Numbered from the whole stretch's first letter, positions 13,311-26,943 are shown. The stretch: DNA of 63,744 bases, filler included, from Octopus bimaculoides (GCF_001194135.2; 3 parts of 3 records of this genome joined end to end with filler, not necessarily neighbours in it), one strand, 5' to 3'. Program-made: numbers and translations. The notes: a model not told the origin generated them from the sequence alone.

Positions 13311-13714
13311 TTACTGGGTCTTCTCAGTTTTATCCCCTTCCCCAAACTTGCTGGCCTTGTGGCAAATATTGAAGCTGATATTTATTCTTCAGATATAAAG
13401 TATACCTCTACGCAGACAACGAGAGTAATTTGTACAATCAAATTGGTGAAAGTGATAAAGACAGTAATGCTTTGGTTGGTGAACAAATGCAGTAGTTGAG
13501 AAATAATAGGTCCACTAATTATTATCTTCCTAAATTATTTTGTGATTCTGTCCATTAGTTTGTCTGCAATTGTTACCCTTACTCTTGTTACCTTAGGAGT
13601 CCTGATGGAGGGTAAAGTTACACATAGGGACCCCAGGTCTGAGAGAGCTAATAGAATGAGGAACCCATGTACAGAGAATTCTCTTTGTGAACAAACTGAA
13701 TCATGAATTTATTA

Positions 13715-14132
13715 TATACATTATTTACAATTGACGAATATTTGTCCTCATCTTGTTTGTTGTTAACACAATGTTTCGGCTGATATACCCTCCAGCCTTC
13801 ACCAGATGTCTTGGGGAAATTTCAAACCTGGGTTCTCATTCCTAAGGTATTTTTCAATGATATTATTATTATTATTCAGGTCACTGCCTGGAATCAAACT
13901 TGGAATCTTGGGGTCAGTAGCCCACGCTCTTAACCACTATGCCATATGCCCATGGGAAATTATGAAGTGAATTTTAGGGCTTATAAATCTAATATTCTCC
14001 AATCCTTCTTTAATGCCAGTTCCTATATGCTATTCATATCTGCACTCAATCTGCTTAGGTGGTTGTTGTGTCCTAACATATGTGCTGCTTCTTTTAGCTT
14101 TCGTATTTCCCAGTGGTGTTCTTTGTCTGTTA
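13715..14132 (-). mobile_element. Penelope-like element 3' fragment (GIY-YIG C-terminus, tRNA-like segment, hammerhead)
   Basis: Minus strand encodes DKEHHWEIRKLKEAAHMLGH...; closely similar to the 23144-23720 copy. Confidence 0.8.
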
Positions 14133-14400
14133 AGAAGAACTAGGAGTAGATGTTACTTACAGGAAACTAACACATTATCAGAAACTCTGTGAAACTTAAA
14201 TAGGTAAGGAGGAAGCAGACAACAATTATGAAATGATGAAGAATGCCATCAATATTTCACTAATCAGCAACATTAGTCATGTAAAACAAATGAATACAAT
14301 GAAGTATAAGTACTACCACGCCTACCAAAATCTGCAAATGAATAAAAACGAGAGCAATCAGCACGATGGAACTCAAATGACATATTGTATGATTGAATAT

Positions 14401-14440
<40 letters not shown>

Positions 14441-14893
14441 TCATATACCATACATATATATATATATATATATGCACATGTACTTATACATGTATACACA
14501 CACACAAAAATATATATATATATACATATAAACGAACACCATATACGTATACTCATATATTACATATACACATGTATGTATAAATACATACAGACATATA
14601 CATACATATATGTACATATACATACATGCATACACATACATATATATACATACATACATTCATGCATACATACATACATTGTGATCATTGTCGAAGCATA
14701 ATTAACAAAAACTTGTTTTTTTCCTTCTATTTTGAAATTTGAATATTTGCAATTATTTCCCAAAATCATAGTTTTGGACTTGGTGGTAACATTCATTTTA
14801 TTTCCCATCTATCTATATTTATGCAAAATATATATGCATGCACAAATTCATGTACATATTCATATATATATATATATGTATGTATGTGTACGT

Positions 14894-14926
<33 letters not shown>

Positions 14927-15105
14927 TATATATACATAGGTGCAAGCATGGATGTGTGGAAGGAAGATTGCTTCACAACCAAAATGTTCCTGGTTCAGTC
15001 CCACTGCATGGCAACTTGGGCTGGTCAGGTGTCTTCTACTGTTAACCCCACACCAGCAAAGGCCTTTTGAGTGGGCTTCATAGATTGAAGCTGAAAGAAG
15101 CCTGT

Positions 15106-15137
<32 letters not shown>

Positions 15138-15140
<3 letters not shown>

Positions 15141-15526
15141 TCATCATTTAACGTCCGTTGTCCATTCTGGCATGGTTTTCTACAGCTGGACACCCTTCCT
15201 AGCACCAATCACTCCATGAGTGCAATGGGTGTTTTTATGTGCTGCTGGCACAGTTGCCATTTTCATGACACCGGGTTGCTTTTATGTGGCACTGATATGG
15301 GTGCTAAATTGCATGACACTGGTATCTGCCAAAACTGGGATTTTGCTTGGCCTGATGGTCTTCTAAAGCACAACATAATGCTTAAGGTCTCGGTCATTGC
15401 TTCTGTGTGACCCAAGACTAAAGAAGAACTTAGCCACTTTGCCTCTGTACGACCCAATGCTTGAAAGGTGTTCTTTACATGCCATCAGCATGGGTGCAAT
15501 TGGCTTGGCAGGTTCTCTTAAGCAAA

Positions 15527-15530
<4 letters not shown>
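15138..15530 (-). mobile_element. Family B element (diverged)
   Basis: catcatcatttaacgtccg...cccttcctagcaccaatcactcc. Confidence 0.65.
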
Positions 15531-15563
<33 letters not shown>

Positions 15564-16183
15564 NNNNNNNNNNNNNNNNNNNNNNNNNNNNNNNNNNNNN
15601 NNNNNNNNNNNNNNNNNNNNNNNNNNNNNNNNNNNNNNNNNNNNNNNNNNNNNNNNNNNNNNNNNNNNNNNNNNNNNNNNNNNNNNNNNNNNNNNNNNNN
15701 NNNNNNNNNNNNNNNNNNNNNNNNNNNNNNNNNNNNNNNNNNNNNNNNNNNNNNNNNNNNNNNNNNNNNNNNNNNNNNNNNNNNNNNNNNNNNNNNNNNN
15801 NNNNNNNNNNNNNNNNNNNNNNNNNNNNNNNNNNNNNNNNNNNNNNNNNNNNNNNNNNNNNNNNNNNNNNNNNNNNNNNNNNNNNNNNNNNNNNNNNNNN
15901 NNNNNNNNNNNNNNNNNNNNNNNNNNNNNNNNNNNNNNNNNNNNNNNNNNNNNNNNNNNNNNNNNNNNNNNNNNNNNNNNNNNNNNNNNNNNNNNNNNNN
16001 NNNNNNNNNNNNNNNNNNNNNNNNNNNNNNNNNNNNNNNNNNNNNNNNNNNNNNNNNNNNNNNNNNNNNNNNNNNNNNNNNNNNNNNNNNNNNNNNNNNN
16101 NNNNNNNNNNNNNNNNNNNNNNNNNNNNNNNNNNNNNNNNNNNNNNNNNNNNNNNNNNNNNNNNNNNNNNNNNNNNNNATATA

Positions 16184-16231
<48 letters not shown>

Positions 16232-16621
16232 GGTCTCTAGATACAAAATTCTACCCACAAGGTAAAGAAGAAAAAGCACTTGTTGAAGGTGCTACACATA
16301 GGACTGAACCTGAAACCCCGTACTTGCAAAGTGAGCTACTTAACCACACAGCCATGTCTGCACTTCCGCATTAAATTACCAGATTGCATATTTGTAAGTA
16401 GGAAATTACGAATTTATATTTACAATTTGTTTCTTAATAGACTTTATGTGCAATTAAGAGGATTGTGTTTCTGTACATTATGAGATCCATTTTAAATGTG
16501 TAAATATTATTTACTTTCTGAACTGCGCTATGACCAGTGACATGTGGCATTGACAATTATAATAACCGTCAATGGCAGATAGATCGCTTCACAAGAAGAA
16601 ATTCATATCTTCATTTTCTAC

Positions 16622-16660
<39 letters not shown>

Positions 16661-18318
16661 AAACAGAGCTGCCTAAATCATCATAAGTTGAAGATGAATC
16701 TTAATCAGTCCTTGTCAAATGCATCTGATTTTTCTTATGTTAAACTTACAGCTTTCAATCTTTTTAACCATTAGCTACTTGCCTACTTAAGTTTTAATCA
16801 TTAGAATTCCTTTCTCAAGACATACACAATAAATGTATTTACAGGTTTTTGCAGAGAGAAAATAAAGATAAAATAAAAATAAACTGCGAAAGAATGTAAT
16901 GTTTACAGATTTATTTAAGATTTTGAATACCTTTATTTTATTTCTTCATGAGCAAAAAAAAAAAAAAAAATTAAGATAGAAATAAAAATTTCAATAATCA
17001 TCTTTAAGTAATTATAATGAATTCCAAAAGCAACACTAAATTGTATTTTCTGTTTTTGTAATTCTGTTTTCAAAGTAGATTCTTCTTTAGAGATGATTTT
17101 CAATAAAACCCACACACATACAGAGTAGGCCTCCATAAACAAGAAGGTTACTTCCTGGCAAACTAAGTTACTAATCTACTTTCGGTTGCCAATTGAAGAT
17201 TATTCACTAATACAGACAAAGTGCTTGAAGTATTTAGTTTTGGCCCTTTACATTCAGAGTTCAAATCCCTGAAGATTAAAACTAATGAAAGTGTAGGACA
17301 GAGTCACACGAAACAATATCCATTAACAATTTATTTATCCCCCTTCTCGTCCCTCTTTCATGTCTCTTTTTCTATACTGTCATCAGGTGGATGATCCAAC
17401 AGAAACTGATGAGCCAGTACGTAGACACGCACGCACATATGACTGATACACTGTTAGTTATGAGACAATGAGTTTTCCAGCTGATCCAAACTGAGCAACC
17501 TGCTAGGCCCTTCACAGACACGTGTACTCTTAATGTAAGTTCTCAAGGAGTTTCAGTGTAACACAAAATGTGACAAAGCTGGCCATTTTGAATTACAGGT
17601 ACAACTTGTATTTCAAGCTGCACGGACTGGAGTAATTTAATTTGAAAAGAGTTATCTTGCTCAAGGACACATAAATTAAGTACCAGTTGCGTACTGGGGT
17701 TGATCTAATCAACTTGCCCCCCTCCCCCAAATTTTGGGCCTTGTGCCTAGAGTAGAAAAGAATATAATGTAAAGTAAGATTCTATTCAACTTCTCTGATG
17801 GCTAAATCCATTTCGGTATAAATAAACAAGGACTGGCTGTCTTAAAATAAATCTCTACAGATAAGAAAACATTTCAAATTGTAATTTAAAATGTTCTTGT
17901 CCACTTTTTAATGATTCATTAATGTTTGCAGGTGTAGCACAAGAATCATTACGATAACAAATCAATTAGTTTCAAATAGCATTTCATAAGCACAGGTGTG
18001 GCTGTGTGGTTAAGAAGCTTGCCTTGCAATCACCTGGATATGGGTTCAGTTCCATTGCATGGCATCTTGACTAAAAATCCTTTACTATAACCCTGGGCCA
18101 ACCAGTGCCTTGTCAGTGGATTTGATACAATAACCAATGTGGAAGCCCAGTGTGTGTGTGTAAACAAGAGTGCATTTTTGTGCCAAGAGCCAATATGAGA
18201 CCCTCTCTCATGGTATCTACAGCAGTATAGTGTGTTCTTATAGAACATACATGTTTAAGCAGGGATAAATATTACCTCTCAGTCTTAACACTGCTTCTGT
18301 TGCTAACATGTATGTATG

Positions 18319-18364
<46 letters not shown>

Positions 18365-20096
18365 NNNNNNNNNNNNNNNNNNNNNNNNNNNNNNNNNNNN
18401 NNNNNNNNNNNNNNNNNNNNNNNNNNNNNNNNNNNNNNNNNNNNNNNNNNNNNNNNNNNNNNNNNNNNNNNNNNNNNNNNNNNNNNNNNNNNNNNNNNNN
18501 NNNNNNNNNNNNNNNNNNNNNNNNNNNNNNNNNNNNNNNNNNNNNNNNNNNNNNNNNNNNNNNNNNNNNNNNNNNNNNNNNNNNNNNNNNNNNNNNNNNN
18601 NNNNNNNNNNNNNNNNNNNNNNNNNNNNNNNNNNNNNNNNNNNNNNNNNNNNNNNNNNNNNNNNNNNNNNNNNNNNNNNNNNNNNNNNNNNNNNNNNNNN
18701 NNNNNNNNNNNNNNNNNNNNNNNNNNNNNNNNNNNNNNNNNNNNNNNNNNNNNNNNNNNNNNNNNNNNNNNNNNNNNNNNNNNNNNNNNNNNNNNNNNNN
18801 NNNNNNNNNNNNNNNNNNNNNNNNNNNNNNNNNNNNNNNNNNNNNNNNNNNNNNNNNNNNNNNNNNNNNNNNNNNNNNNNNNNNNNNNNNNNNNNNNNNN
18901 NNNNNNNNNNNNNNNNNNNNNNNNNNNNNNNNNNNNNNNNNNNNNNNNNNNNNNNNNNNNNNNNNNNNNNNNNNNNNNNNNNNNNNNNNNNNNNNNNNNN
19001 NNNNNNNNNNNNNNNNNNNNNNNNNNNNNNNNNNNNNNNNNNNNNNNNNNNNNNNNNNNNNNNNNNNNNNNNNNNNNNNNNNNNNNNNNNNNNNNNNNNN
19101 NNNNNNNNNNNNNNNNNNNNNNNNNNNNNNNNNNNNNNNNNNNNNNNNNNNNNNNNNNNNNNNNATATACATATATATATGAGTGTGTGTGTGTTTGTTT
19201 GTTCCCACCACCATTACTTGGAAACGGTGTTGGTGTGTTTACATCCCTGTAACTTACTGGTTTGGCATACGAGACTGATGGAATAAGTACTAGGCTTCTA
19301 AAATAAGTCCTGGGGTTAATTTGTTCAACTAAAACCCTTCGAGGTGGTGCTCCAGCATGGCCGCAGGCAAAGAATAAAGGAAGAGAATCTATCTTGGTGT
19401 CTTTCTCTTTTCTCCCACCACTCCTTGACATCTGGTGTTGGTTTGTTTACATCTGAATGCTTTAGCAGAGTGACAAAAGAGACTGAGTGAATAAGTATCA
19501 GAGTTACAATTGATTTCCTTCACAAAACCTTTCAAAGTGGTGCTTTAGCATGGCCGCTGTCCAATGATTGAAACAAGTAGCAGATAAACGATAAAAGGAA
19601 ATTGACTAGTTTAACTCAGACAGCCAACACATCAATTTTACTCATACTGACCAGTATTAGTTCAGAAATCAATCAACATACAGTAGTAAGCTATATAAAT
19701 AACTATTTTTTTTAACAGACACAAAACTAATATAGAAGTACTTTCAGTAAAATAATATACAACATACACTTCAATCTAAAATTATTACCAGAGGGTGAAA
19801 GGTCATGAAACGATGAAACAGCTTGAAAAAAACAGCCATATAAATTATCTAATTTTTACACATGAAATGGTTTTGTTTACTTCAATCATAAATTTACATA
19901 TTAATTTATAAAAAAAAGAAGTCATTTATATTAGATTAATAAATGTGTGTATGAATGAGTTTGTGTATATATGTGGGTTTATATGAAAGTAAATAAGTAA
20001 AAGATGGAATATAGATGGGAGGAAAGAGACAAAGGGAATGGAAAGATTCTAGTTTGTGTTTGTAATATGATTGAAATATCACCATTGTAATGCGTG

Positions 20097-20400
20097 AAGG
20101 CACATGGCTCGGTGGTTAGAGCATTGAGCTTATGATTGTGAGGTTGTGAGTTCGAATCCCAGACTGGGATGCGTGTTGTGTTCTTGAGCAAGACAGTTTA
20201 TTTCATGTTGTTCCAGTTCACTCAGCTGAAGAAATGAGTTGCAATGTCACTGGTACCAAGCTGTATCGGTCCTTGCCTTTCCTTTGGATAACATTGGTGG
20301 CGTGAGGTGGGGAGGCTGGTATGTATGGGTGACTGCTGGTCTTCCATAAACAACCTTGCCCAGACTTGTGCCTGGGAGGGTAACTTTCTAGGTGCAATAA
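20097..20400 (+). mobile_element. tRNA-derived SINE family D
   Basis: A-box tggctcggtgg, B-box gttcgaatccc, ttcttgagcaagac domain; second copy at ~26272-26610. Confidence 0.85.
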
Positions 20401-21149
20401 TGATGATGTATGTGTGTGTGTATGTATGTGTCTGTGTGTGTGTATGGTATGTATGTCATTATTCAGTTTATTTGAAGATCTTTTGCCAATAGAGAAAGAA
20501 CCAGTTTCTAAATCTGGATCCAAGGTTCCTTCATTGGAATTTCAACATCAACAACAGGGTATTTTTGGTTGTATGTATATATGTATGTATGTATGTATGT
20601 GCAGATTTGTATATTTTACATATGTATTCTCATGCATATAGTTACATATCTAGACATGCTCATATATATCTAAATGATTTCTGGAAAGTTTTGCAGATTT
20701 TAACAGTTCCAGTGATGGATTGAATCTGTAGCCTTCGAATTGGCTATCTCCTTTCTGGTTTTGAGAAGCCTAATTTCTCAAGACTGGTATTTAGGCAGTG
20801 TGTTACATATCCCAGAACCCCCAATAATTACAAGTATAAACCTGGTAGGTATGTATGAAGTGATGGTGAAAGAAAAGATGAAAGAGAAAAGAACATGGTG
20901 CCTTAAAATGTGAAACGCAAAGCTGTCGCTTGCAGGTAAATATGACTTGATAACAGGTGCCATGCTTTTGCTAATTATTGTAGTTGACCATAAATTCATC
21001 AAAGAATAACCTGAGGAAGCTGAGCCTTTCAGCCAAAACGACAAAGTACTGAGGTACTTAGTACCTAGTCGTACTCAAGAAGATCTGTACTCTGCCGCAA
21101 AAGTGTTAAGACTGAGCCTTCTGGTTGTGTAAAGCACTCATGGTGGTGT

Positions 21150-21452
21150 TACAAAAAAACACCCATGCAATGACATATAAAAGCGCCCGTGTGGCAACTT
21201 ATAAAATCACCCATGTGGCACCATGTAAAAGCACCTGTGTAGTGCCATGTAAAAGTGCCCGTGCGGTGCCATGTAAAATTGCCCCTGTGATGCTACATAA
21301 AAGCACCCAGCACACTCTCAGAGTGGTTGGTGTTAGGAAAGGCATCCAGCTGTAGAAACCATAGCAAAACAGACTGGAGTCTGGTTCAGCTCCCCTCCTT
21401 CTCCATCCAACCCATGACAGCATGGACAACAGACATTAAAGGATGATGATAT
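21150..21452 (+). mobile_element. Family B variant with ~23-bp tandem units
   Basis: About 6 copies of gtgccatgtaaaagcacc followed by the family B 3' end. Confidence 0.75.
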
Positions 21453-22394
21453 AAAGTCATAAACAGACATAGATACCCTTTCGTCCTTCCCAACCTTCAC
21501 CCAGCAATGCATTAAAAATGGGACACTGGAAGGGCTGCAACTAGTTATGAGATGGTATATGTTTTCAGTTGACCAGACTGGAGCAACAAAAAAATCAAAT
21601 TCCTTGCTCATAGGACACAATACATCATCTTGTCCACGAATTGAACCCATGACCTTACTATTGTAATCTAAACCTATAACAACTGGACCATGCTTATTTA
21701 TAAAAATCACAAAGAAGCCAATTGAAGGTGAAAATCATTTAAAGTTTTCTCAGATAAAAAAAGAAGACTAAAAGAGGAAAAGAAAACAGGAAAATAAACT
21801 GAAAATAAACAGCAAACTTCTTTGAAAGCATTTTCTCAGGAAATATCGACAGATGTTGACTATTGGCCTAGCTACCTGAAAATTTAATAGGAAATCAGTG
21901 AATTTCTGGTTCAAATCAACACAACTACATATTATAATCACAAGTAGTATTGATTTCTTCCATTTTTACAACCACAAACAGTACACAACATTTTGGAGTT
22001 TCAACAATTCTCATGGAATAGCGAAATTGTATAGAAGTATTGTTTTTGTTTCCGCCAGACCAAATAGGAAACGTTATAAGACTTTCATAGAAAAGCCATA
22101 AGGAAAAATGTCTAGGTTCATAAAAGAATAAAAAAAAAATTAAAAAAAAAAAAAACTATTGATTATCTGGCTTGAAGCTTACATGCAACTTCATATTAAT
22201 TGTAAAATACATCAGAGATAAAGTAGCAAGATACACAACAAAGAATTTAAACCAACGATTTCCAAACTTTTTAAGACTGCCACCCCCCTTGCTTCTGAGG
22301 CCACAATCCTATGCCTCCCCAACCACCACCTATCACCACCATAGATGTAGACCATTTGTAGATGTAGACTTGGTCTACATCATAGATGTAGACC

Positions 22395-22628
22395 AGGCGG
22401 CAAGCTGGAAGAAACGTTAGCACGCCGGGCGAAATGTGTAGTAGTATTTCGTCTGCCGTTACGTTCTGAGTTCAAATTCCGCCGAGGTCGACTTTGCTTT
22501 TCATCCTTTCAGGGTCAATTAAATAAGTACCAGTTACGAACTATGGTCAATTTAATCGACTTAATCTCTTTGTCTGTCCTTGTTTGTCCCCTCTATGTTT
22601 AGCCCCCTGTGGGTAGTAAAGAAATAAG
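22395..22628 (+). mobile_element. tRNA-like SINE family C (near consensus), apparently inside a hAT-like MITE (~22250-22825)
   Basis: aggcggcaagctggaagaaacgttagcacgccgggcg...gagttcaaattccgccgaggtcgac; MITE end ...aagaaccactg. Confidence 0.8.
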
Positions 22629-22949
22629 ATGTTGACCATTTTCTGCAACAACTACAGTATTTCACAAATAAAACTTGACCTAATTAACCCGTTATTTTGT
22701 TTGTTTTTTTTACATCCATTGCCCTATTTTGGTCACCCTATCATTGCCCCATTTTCCTTCAATGCCCACATGAATCTTTCCACTGCCCCCAGGGGAGTGG
22801 TATTGCCAACTTTAAGAACCACTGATTTAAACTAAGGAAAATATTTCATCAGTATAGTAAGAAGTCTCTCTGAATTTGCTGTCTTCGAATTCCAGGACTC
22901 AGAGAACTGCTAAGCCAGAGCTCCATGGTGTATAAGTGTCCAAGATCAC

Positions 22950-23720
22950 AAGATTCACCTTGATACAGTTCTATATCTAAGAAATGAGAAATTATGTACA
23001 TTATTTACATTTGATAGATATTTGTCCTCATCTTGTTTCTTGTTAACACAGTGCTTCGGCTGATATATCCTCCAGTCTTCCTCAGGTGACTTGGGGAAAT
23101 TTTGAACCTGGGTTCTCATTCCTAAGGTATTTTTCGATGTTATTGTGGTAGGTTATACAAAGGTGAAACATGTCACCCCCTCAAAATAAGGGTAGACGAA
23201 GATCGCAAATCTGTGACAGGAGGAGGTATTGATAAATCGGGTAGAGCTGATCATGTATGGAAAAATGGAAACCACCTCCCCCTGTGGGATGAAGTTAAAA
23301 TAATAGATAGGGAACACCACTGGAAAATACGAAAACTAAAAGAAGCAGCATATGTGCTAGGACACAAGAACCTCCTAAGCAGACTGAGGGTAGATATAAG
23401 TAGCATATGGGAACCGGTATTAAGGAAGGATAGGAAAATATTAGACTTATAAGCCCTAAAATTTGCTCCATAATTCCTCACAGGCATATGGCATAGTGGT
23501 TAAGAGCGCAGGCTACTAAGCGCAAGATTCCAAGTTCAATTCCAGGCAGTGACCTGAACAACAATAATAATAATAATAATATGGAAACATACCTTAGGAA
23601 AGAGAACCCAGGTTAGAAATTTCCCCAAGACACCTGACAAAGGCTGCAGGGTATATCAGCCGAAATGTTGTGTTAGTAACACAAGATGAGGGCAAATATC
23701 CATCAAATGTAAATAATGTA
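22950..23720 (+). mobile_element. 5'-truncated Penelope-like element with inverted pLTR
   Basis: Open frame 23144-23452 CGRLYKGETCHPLKIRVDED...ADHVW...WDEVKIIDREHHWKIRKLKEAA is the C-terminal half of a PLE GIY-YIG domain; pLTR segment present on + at ~23580-23720 and inverted at ~22950-23140. Confidence 0.85.
23627..23674 (+). ncRNA. Degenerate type-I hammerhead ribozyme motif
   Basis: gacac CTGACAA a GGCTG-cagggtatat-CAGCC GAAAT gt t gtgtt; stems I and II pair; core carries substitutions. Confidence 0.6.
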
Positions 23721-24521
23721 TGTGGTACAAGGCCCGAAATTTTTGGGGAGAGGGCCAGTCGATTAGATTGACCCCTGTATGCAACTGGTACTTAATTTAT
23801 TGAAAACGAAAGGATGAAAGGCAAAGACTACCTTGGTTGAATTTGAGCTCAGAATGTAAAAACGGATGAAAAACCGCTAAGCATTTCACCTGGCATGCTA
23901 ACGTTTCTGCCAGCTCATAGCCTTGATGTGGTAAAAGAATGACGCAAACGAAAGATGCTGATTAGAAGCAGAGAAAGAGACGAGTGAAATGAGTTGACTT
24001 GATTCTAGGTGAAGTGCAGCTACTTAACTCGGAATAGTAAAGTACATTGAAGAAGTTAGTTCAATCTAAAATTAACACATTTGGACTTTTTAATGCGACA
24101 ATTTGAAGCAGGTTGTTGACATTATAGAGAAGAATGTTATAAGAAGATAACAGCTTAAATCTGATAAAGCGAAGGAAAAATTTGCCAATGTAATTGTCAG
24201 GCATATGCTTTAATAAGATTTTTTTTTCAAAGTTATAAGGTAAGAAATTAAAACATATAAAAGAAAGAAAAATTGCAATTACACCTTTTTTTAAAATTGT
24301 TATTTTTGATTATTATTATTATTTTTAGTGGTGGAAGTGATGGGGGATGGTTTTTTTTTTTTTGTATTCTTTAAACAAGAGAAAGAGAGAGAGCGGAGGG
24401 GTAGGAGAAAAGGGAATTTTTACACCTGTTTTATCTCCGTATTTATGTAGTTGTAAAAGAACAGATAAGATTGCAGGAGTCAGGAAACCTACAACTAGTC
24501 GAAAGAAATTACATGGAAGCA

Positions 24522-24562
<41 letters not shown>

Positions 24563-24989
24563 AAAAAAAATGTGTGATAGGGAGCAGAAAACCTGAAGGT
24601 GTTGGTGGTGGTGGTGATGATGGTGTGTGTATGTGGCAGGAAAATTAGCAGGGCACATTAGAGTAGGAAGCTATGATGAGATAGCCTGAATCTATAAGAG
24701 ATATCATACATGTAGGTCCTAGGCTGATCGCACTGATTTGAGCAAAAGTTCTATGACTTGAAAGATATCTGTTTTGGGTTTGTTGCTTTGTTTTTTTTTT
24801 GGTGGGTTTTTTTCCCCTGACAAGATGATTAAAAACTCAAAGATAACAAGATAAGGCATTAGGAGCCTTTCTTCATTCTATCGTTTCCCTTTTAACTTAT
24901 AAGCAATGGTTTCTTTCTTTCTTTCTTTCTTTTCACTCATTTTGTGAAAAAGAAAAAATTACGCAGTGGTGTATGTACTATATTGTTAT

Positions 24990-25490
24990 AGTGATAGCAT
25001 GGAGGGTTTGAGAGAGAGGGGGAGGGAAAGAGTGAGTGAGAGGGAGAGAGAGAAATTGTGAGAGAGCGAGAGAGAGAGAGAGAAATTGTGAGAGAGTGAG
25101 AGAGAAAGCATGCAAGAGAGAAATTGTGCAAGAGTGAGAGAGAAAGCATAAGAGAGTGAGAGGGAGAAAGAAAGAGAAATTATAAGAGAGTGAGAGAGAA
25201 AGCATGAGAGATCAAAAGAGAGAGAGAGAAAGCAAGAGAGAGAAATTGAGAGAGAGAAAGCATGAGAGAGTGATAGAGAGAAAGAAAGAGAAGTTGTGAG
25301 AGAGTGAGAGAGAGAATGAAAGAAAGTAAGAGAGAGAAATTGGGAGAGAGTGAGAGAGGAAGCATGAAAGAGAGTAAGACAGAAATTGGGAGAGAGTGAG
25401 ACAGAAAGCATGAGAGAGAGAGAGAGAGTGAAAGTAAGAGGGAGAGAAAGAAAGGGAGAGAGAGAGGGAGAGTGAGAGAAAGAGCCTTAT
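24990..25490. repeat. ~500-bp GA-rich polypurine compound repeat
   Basis: Recurring gagagagaaattg / gagagagaaagcat units. Confidence 0.9.
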
Positions 25491-26764
25491 AGGTAAACAA
25501 GGCTATTGTGTGTGGAAGAGGGCAAATGACACAGAAGTGAGTGGAAAGGAATCAAAGACAACCATCCACTTTGGAACCACTGGAGGAAGGTAGAATTACC
25601 AAATAAGAATTTTTTTTTTATTCAAAGAACTTGATAAGAAAAGAAAGCAGTAGCAGTGGCAGCGGCAGCAGCTAGAATATTCTCTCTATAAATTCATTGA
25701 GAATATAAACGTTAAGGATTCGGATCGGTTCATTACAGAGTGGAAAGTGAACCAAAGAAATTCTTTATAATTTAATAATGAACCGTCTTTGATTAATTTC
25801 TGCCATTTCTTCCATGTTCCATATATCATGATCTTCGTTTTAGATGCTGAAAGTTATGTTCAGTCTAGAAAAATACGATTAGAGGTAAAAAAAACCCCGT
25901 CCTTCCTGAATTTTAAAATAAGACCATTCTTTCTCTATAGCAGGCTGTGTGGTAAGTAAAGTTCAAACTTAACTCTTCCAAACGCCAGTGTTTTAATGGT
26001 GGCGGCTGATGAAGGATATGTTCTCTGTGTGGCCTGCTTGTTTGTTGTACCTTGTTTATCATTTTGTCCATGTTTTTTTGCAACGTCATGTACCCAGATA
26101 TGTATCTATATGTACATGTAGATGAAGATGTACATATATATGCATACNNNNNNNNNNNNNNNNNNNNNNNNNNNNNNNNNNNNNNNNNNNNTTAATTAAT
26201 TAANNNNNNNNNNNNNNNNNNNNNNNNNNNNNNNNNNNNNNNNNNNNATATATATATATATATATATATAGTAGAAATGGCTCAGTGGTAAGAGCATCAG
26301 GCTCACAATCATGCAGTAGCTAGTTCAATTCCTGGACCTGGCTGTGTATTGTGTTTTTGCGCAAGACACTTTATATCATGTTGCTCCACTTCACTCAGCT
26401 GTAGAAATGAGTTGTGATGTCACTGGTGCCAAGGTGTATCAGCCTTTGCCTTTCTCCTGGATGAAGCATCAGTGATGTGAAGAAGGGAGACTAGTTTGCA
26501 TGGGCAACTGCTGGTCTTCCATAAACAACCTTGTCCAGACTTGTGCCTCAGAGGAGAACTTTCTAGATGCAATTCCATGGTCATTCATGACTGAAGAGGG
26601 TCTTTACTCTTTACTCCTCAATATATATATATATATATATATATAAAGTAGCTATTCAACTATTCAGTAGCTATTAAGAAGCCATTAAGCATTAGGTGGC
26701 TATTCAGTAGGGTAATGCTATATATCATCTTGTAGCTTATAGTCCTTTATAATATATTGTTATA

Positions 26765-26902
26765 TATGTGCAAGCATGACTGTTTATAAGTTCAGTCCTT
26801 TGGCATGGCACCATTGGCAGGTATCTGCTACTCTAGCTCTGGGTCAACAAAAGCCTTATGAGTAGATTAAGTAGACTGAAACTCAAAGAGGCCCATTCTG
26901 TG

Positions 26903-26943
<41 letters not shown>

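Noticed and set aside
17387-17416. Possible micro-exon cag|GTGGATGAT...GAGCCA|gtacgt
   Set aside because: It abuts a SINE end and the peptide VDDPTETDEP does not fit the expected Epac sequence.
15397-19431. Long ORFs of 250-400 aa in the track
   Set aside because: They consist of X from N-gaps plus (TA)n-derived YI repeats.
23483-23554. tRNA gene
   Set aside because: It has A and B boxes but no convincing acceptor stem, differs between the two copies, and is embedded in a PLE; treated as a tRNA-derived module.
26148-26247. TTAATTAATTAA island inside Ns (also 53891-53990)
   Set aside because: Both sites are identical 44N+TTAATTAATTAA+44N = 100 bp, with stops in all six frames. This is an artificial scaffolding spacer, so adjacency across these gaps (e.g. 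Tx1 next to RTE) is not trustworthy.
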